From: Zygnema circumcarinatum SAG 698-1b
Taxonomy: Eukaryota > Plantae > Zygnematophyceae
Reading direction: 5' to 3'
DNA: 64,000 nt
Assembly (NCBI GenBank): GCA_037447605.1
Contig: CM074819.1
Span: forward strand, 952,297 to 1,016,296
Below are positions 59,917 to 64,000 of this stretch, piece after piece. Numbering within the stretch: position 1 is the first letter of the stretch; every line of letters begins with the position of its first letter. The position numbers and the translations under genes are program-made. The notes below the pieces were generated by a model that had not been told where the DNA came from, searched no databases, and saw only the letters and a list, made by a program, of their open reading frames with translations.

Positions 59917-60073
59917 TTAGGGGTTTAGGGTTTAAGTTTGAGGGTTTAGGGTTTCGGATTTTAGGGTATAAGCTTTAGAATTTAGGGTTTAGGGTTTACG
60001 GTTTAAGGATTTAGGGTTCAGGGGTTAGGGTTTTAGGATTTAGGATTCAAGGGGTTAGGGTTTAAGGGTTTAG
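59917..60073 (+). repeat. Degenerate interstitial telomere-like (TTTAGGG)n tract
   Basis: About 20 degenerate heptamers, several exact TTTAGGG. Confidence 0.8.
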
Positions 60074-60386
60074 ACTTTCACATGCAACGATCATAGCTTA
60101 AGACCGTACGAATCATCAAAATAAGAATCACTCCAGTCTCAAATGCCATGTTATGTCCATAAAAGCCAACCTTTTTATTGAAGCAGTTCCAGTCTCACAC
60201 CATCATCTCCACTCTCCCCTGCCTGCATCACTCTGCCTCCAAAGGTCATATCCTTCTCCAAAACCTTCACTCAACTCTCTTTCATTACTCAGCATCTCAC
60301 TCATTGCTTCAAAATTCACTTTCTCTTCTCTTTTCTTTCATTCTCTTTCAAAGAGCAAGTACTTCCGCTTAACTCCTCCGTCACCT

Positions 60387-63300
60387 TCACTTCTCATCAT
60401 CTCTCTCTTCAAACTTCTCTCTCCCCTCTTCTAGAGCTTCGTGCTTTCCATGGCCTTCTTCTCCATCTTGAAGGTCTCCCCTCTCCTTCTCTGCTCCGCT
60501 TCGCCTCCCATCGACCTCCTTCTCCTCCTCCTCCTCCTCATCAGAAGAAGAAGAAGACGAAGAAGAGGTCTGATCATCTCCTCTCCCCCTCCCCACCCTC
60601 TCCCTTCTGCCCTCATCTTCATCAGAATATCTATCACCACCTCTCCTCTCCCTCAGATCTTTCATCCCTTTCCCCTGCTCTGTCCCCAGAGCTCTCCCTT
60701 CTCCCTGCCTTCCTCTGGACATGGAATGTTTCCTATGGTCTATCCTCATATCCTCCTCTTCATCTTCACTGAACTTTCTTCTTGGTGTGATTTCATCTCT
60801 TCCCCTCCTGTCCCCCCCTCTACCACTACCACGTTCATACTCAAGCTCACTCGCTACGCCTCTCCTCTCGCGCTCAGAAAGGCTCCCCCTCCGTTCCTCC
60901 TCTTCCCTCCTCCCTCGATCCTCATCCACTCTCGGTCTTACCTTCTCTCTCTCCCTTTCTCGAACACCATCTCCAATGCGTCCCTCCCCTCTCTCGCGCT
61001 GTGACTCCGTCACTTCCATACCATCCTCATTCCTCCTGGAATGTCCCCTCTCCCTTTCCCTTTCCCTTCCCCTTTCGCTTCCTCTTTCCCTCTCCCTCTC
61101 CCTCTCCCTCTCCCTTCCTCTCTCCCCCTCCCTCTCCCTCTCCCGCGGCAAGCTCCCTCTTTTCCTTTCATCTGCATAGTCGCCAGGAGAACGTTTACGG
61201 ACATCATCTCGTCCCCTTCTGGTCTCTTGCCATTCCCTATCCTGAGCTTTCCTGCTATCCATGTGAATCTGATCTGTGTAATCTATCGAAGGGTCTCTTT
61301 GTCTTTCCCTTTTTAGCATCTCCTGCTTAAAGTCCTCTTTTTCCCGTGGGTCATTCCCTTCCCCCCTCGCATCATCTGCCCGTCTAACCACGAGTGTTTG
61401 CCTAACCATATCACCTCCTCTCTCATCTGACTTGAGACCAGGAGATATCCGTTTTGGATCTCCTCGACTTGCATGTCTAACATCTTCGAACTCCTCTCGC
61501 CTTCCCCTATCTCTCTCCTCCTCTTCATAGCCTCCCCTCTCCTTCCTCCTTTCCTTGTCAAGCCTACCTCCTCTCACCTTGTCCTCATCGCTCTGCTCAC
61601 TCTCAGTACCCTTGTCAATCCGAGCATCTATCTTCCCTTTTGAAGAATGCTTCCGTTCCGACTTCCCTTTCGTTGCCTTATCTCCATCTTCTCCTGATGA
61701 GTCCTCTCTCTCTCTATGCTCCTTACTCCGCTTGCGTTTAGAGCTCTTCCTCCTGTCTTCGCTACTTTCGCTCTCAGAATCATCACTTTCATCATCCCTC
61801 TTTCTCTTCCTCTTCTTCTTCTTCTCCTTTTCCTCCCCCCCAGATTTCCTTCTCTTATGCTCTTTCCTTCGGTGCTCCCGCCTCTTCTCCTTCTTCCGTT
61901 TCTTTTCCTCTTTGTGAGCCTTCTTCCGCTTGGTTTCCTCTTCCAGCTGAGCAATCACAGCAAGAGCTTCTTCCTTAGAAGTAATCTTATCAGGTAAGCT
62001 TTTGCTATCCTTCGCGCCAACTCCTGCTCTCCCACCCTTCTCACTCTCTTCTCTCCCTCCTCCGATATGCTTAGCATCCCCTCCTATTCCTACTCCATGA
62101 GTCATCCAGGCTGGCTGAGTCATAGCCCTCCCCCTTCCCCTACCAACAGGCAATCCCATTCCCGGTGATAACCCTAATCCTTTACCCCTCCCATTTTCTG
62201 CACCATTCAATGACTTCCCAGAGCCCGCTCCTCTACTATATCCTGCTTCTCCTTTCTCACTTACTTTATTTGCACTTGAAATGTCTCCTTTTACCTCCTT
62301 TCTACTGCTTTCTTTTTCCTCCACCTCATCAACCTCTGGAACCAGTTCATAGGCTTTGGCTTTGTCCAATGAAGCATAGCATTCAGTTTTCAAGTGACCA
62401 TGTCCGCCACAGCGTGTGCAGGTCACGTTATAAATGTGTCCCAGCTCCATCTGCAACACAGAAAATAGCCAATCCTGTTCAAAGCTCCTTCTCTTAACAC
62501 TGACTGGCGACCGAAATCGCAGGCATCCAGAGTACAAATTTGAAGGAAAAGACAAAAAAAGAGGGAAGGGGGGAGGAGAGAAAATCTCCTCTCACTCAAC
62601 CTTCGCTTCCAATGCGGAAACCACGAGCAGGGAGTGGAGAAAGCACACAGGCAAGAATGTGTGGACTGCAAATAGCATAACTACAGAGCTGTTAAAATTT
62701 GATATGTATATGTAAGAATATGCACCTTTTTTGGCTCCTGCCAACTCGGCTTTGAGCCCTGATCCTGAGAGATGTTGTTGGGATCCTTGTCTTTGCCGTC
62801 CTTTTGGTTGACTACCTTCATTGATGCGCCGATTTTAGGGTTTCCAGAGTCCTCTTCTTTCATGGATACTACCTTCACCCACACGATGTCGCCTTCATCG
62901 GCCACTCCCTGCAAGGCCTTCACTTTTGCATCATCCGGATCTTCTCGATTCGTCACCTGCAGTTCCAAAAGAATCCAATGAAAAGTATGAATTAAACTGC
63001 AAATGAAGACTGCCAACCCATAATTGGTTTGCATGCAGATGCAGATTTACATTGTATACATTTACCGAATAAACAGCAAACAATATTCCGAACTTTGACA
63101 CCGCTGATAATAGTTCTGATTAACCGAAAGATACTGTTGCCCGTCTTCTACTTGCATAATTCATGTGACGTTACGAGTAACAAATGACTCTGGCAGGCAA
63201 AAAATGTCATACAAATATTCCACTTTTGCGCCTCCTTGTGCTCTTTACAGAAACCCTAAAACGTCAAAAGCACGCTCTCGCCAACAGCGCTGTCGCCAAC

Positions 63301-63809
63301 TGTCCAGCCACGACCCAAATTCTACAAAGACCCTCAATAGAATAACCACATCGTAAAGCTCTAACAAAGTCATGCACCCAAAAAGTCCACTCCCTCTCCC
63401 CCTCCCTCTCTACTTCTCCCTCTTCTGGCCCCATACCGACCTCCGCCCTCTGCCCTTCTCCCCTCCCCACTTCCGAGATCCACTCTCCCACCTCCCCATC
63501 TCCCCTCTCTCCTCTTTCCTCTCCTCCCTCCCCATCCCCCTCCCTCTCTCTCTCTCTCCTCTCACTGACCTCATAGTCGCTGACGTGCGAGAGATGCACA
63601 AGCGCATGCTTCCTGTAGCCGTCCAATTGCACAAACAGTCCAAAAGGCCGCACGCTCCGCACTGTGGCCTTGTGAATGGAGTACAGATCGGGAACTGCAT
63701 CTGAAAGGGGAGCCCTCTCCCTCTCCCTTCCATCCCTCCCACCCCACCTCCCTCCTCCTCCTCCACCTCCTCTACCACCGCTGTAGCCTCCCCTCTCACC
63801 ATCCCGCAT
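60387..63809 (-). CDS. S1-domain + CCHC zinc-knuckle RNA-binding protein (ZCCHC17/pNO40-like) with a long K/R/E/D-rich tail
   Basis: Exons 63570-63809 (PDLYSIHKATVRSVRPFGLFVQLDGYRKHALVHLSHVS), 62726-62956 (DEGDIVWVKVVSM...KIGASMKVVNQKDGKD), 60387-62450 (CTRCGGHGHLKTEC plus tail). Start codon is a best guess. Confidence 0.85.
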
Positions 63810-64000
63810 CCCCTCCCCGTAGCTCTTTCCCCGGAAGCTTTCACCTTCCCTCCTCTCTCCGCCTCTCTCTCCCTCCCTCAATTCCCTCTCTCTGCGTTCT
63901 CCATAACCTCCCGGCCTCCTCTCAGACTCTCCCCTCCTGTCAGCGTATGATGGAGGGCGGTCTCTCTCTTCGTCGCTCTCTCTCTCTCTCTCCCTCCAGC

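Noticed and set aside
60431-62497. Plus-strand ORFs rich in L, S, P and F
   Set aside because: Antisense shadows of the purine-rich coding exon of the S1/zinc-knuckle gene.

Overview
Eukaryotic nuclear scaffold, most likely a streptophyte green alga and possibly zygnematophycean. This is inferred from land-plant-like multi-exon genes, GA-rich introns, TTTAGGG-type repeats and a Marchantia-type plastid cysT. It is a short-read assembly with many 10-N gaps. Host genes in order: SMYD/ASHR1-like SET-MYND methyltransferase (-), secreted Ole e 1 + root-cap-domain protein (-), Sel1-repeat protein (-) head-to-head with an FtsJ/RlmE-like rRNA methyltransferase (+), two copies of a small secreted Cys-containing protein (-), a conserved plant protein of unknown name (+), ROF1/FKBP62-like immunophilin (+), AVT6-like amino-acid transporter (-), and an S1 + zinc-knuckle (ZCCHC17/pNO40-like) protein (-). 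Positions 6595-9767 hold plastid DNA (rrl, cysT, trnV-GAC) that is probably mis-scaffolded next to a genuine ~280-bp decayed plastid insertion. Positions ~22.9-42.4 kb are a repeat-dense accessory region. It contains a 22-bp satellite with higher-order repeats interrupted by Copia, three copies of a ~430-bp hAT MITE carrying a central GTAC array, and a four-level nest (27-bp minisatellite > hAT MITE > Gypsy > TRIM) with target-site duplications visible at each insertion. The best novelty candidate is a 443-bp TRIM whose LTRs contain a tRNA-like Pol III A/B-box module, a possible tRNA-based analogue of the 5S-carrying Cassandra elements.
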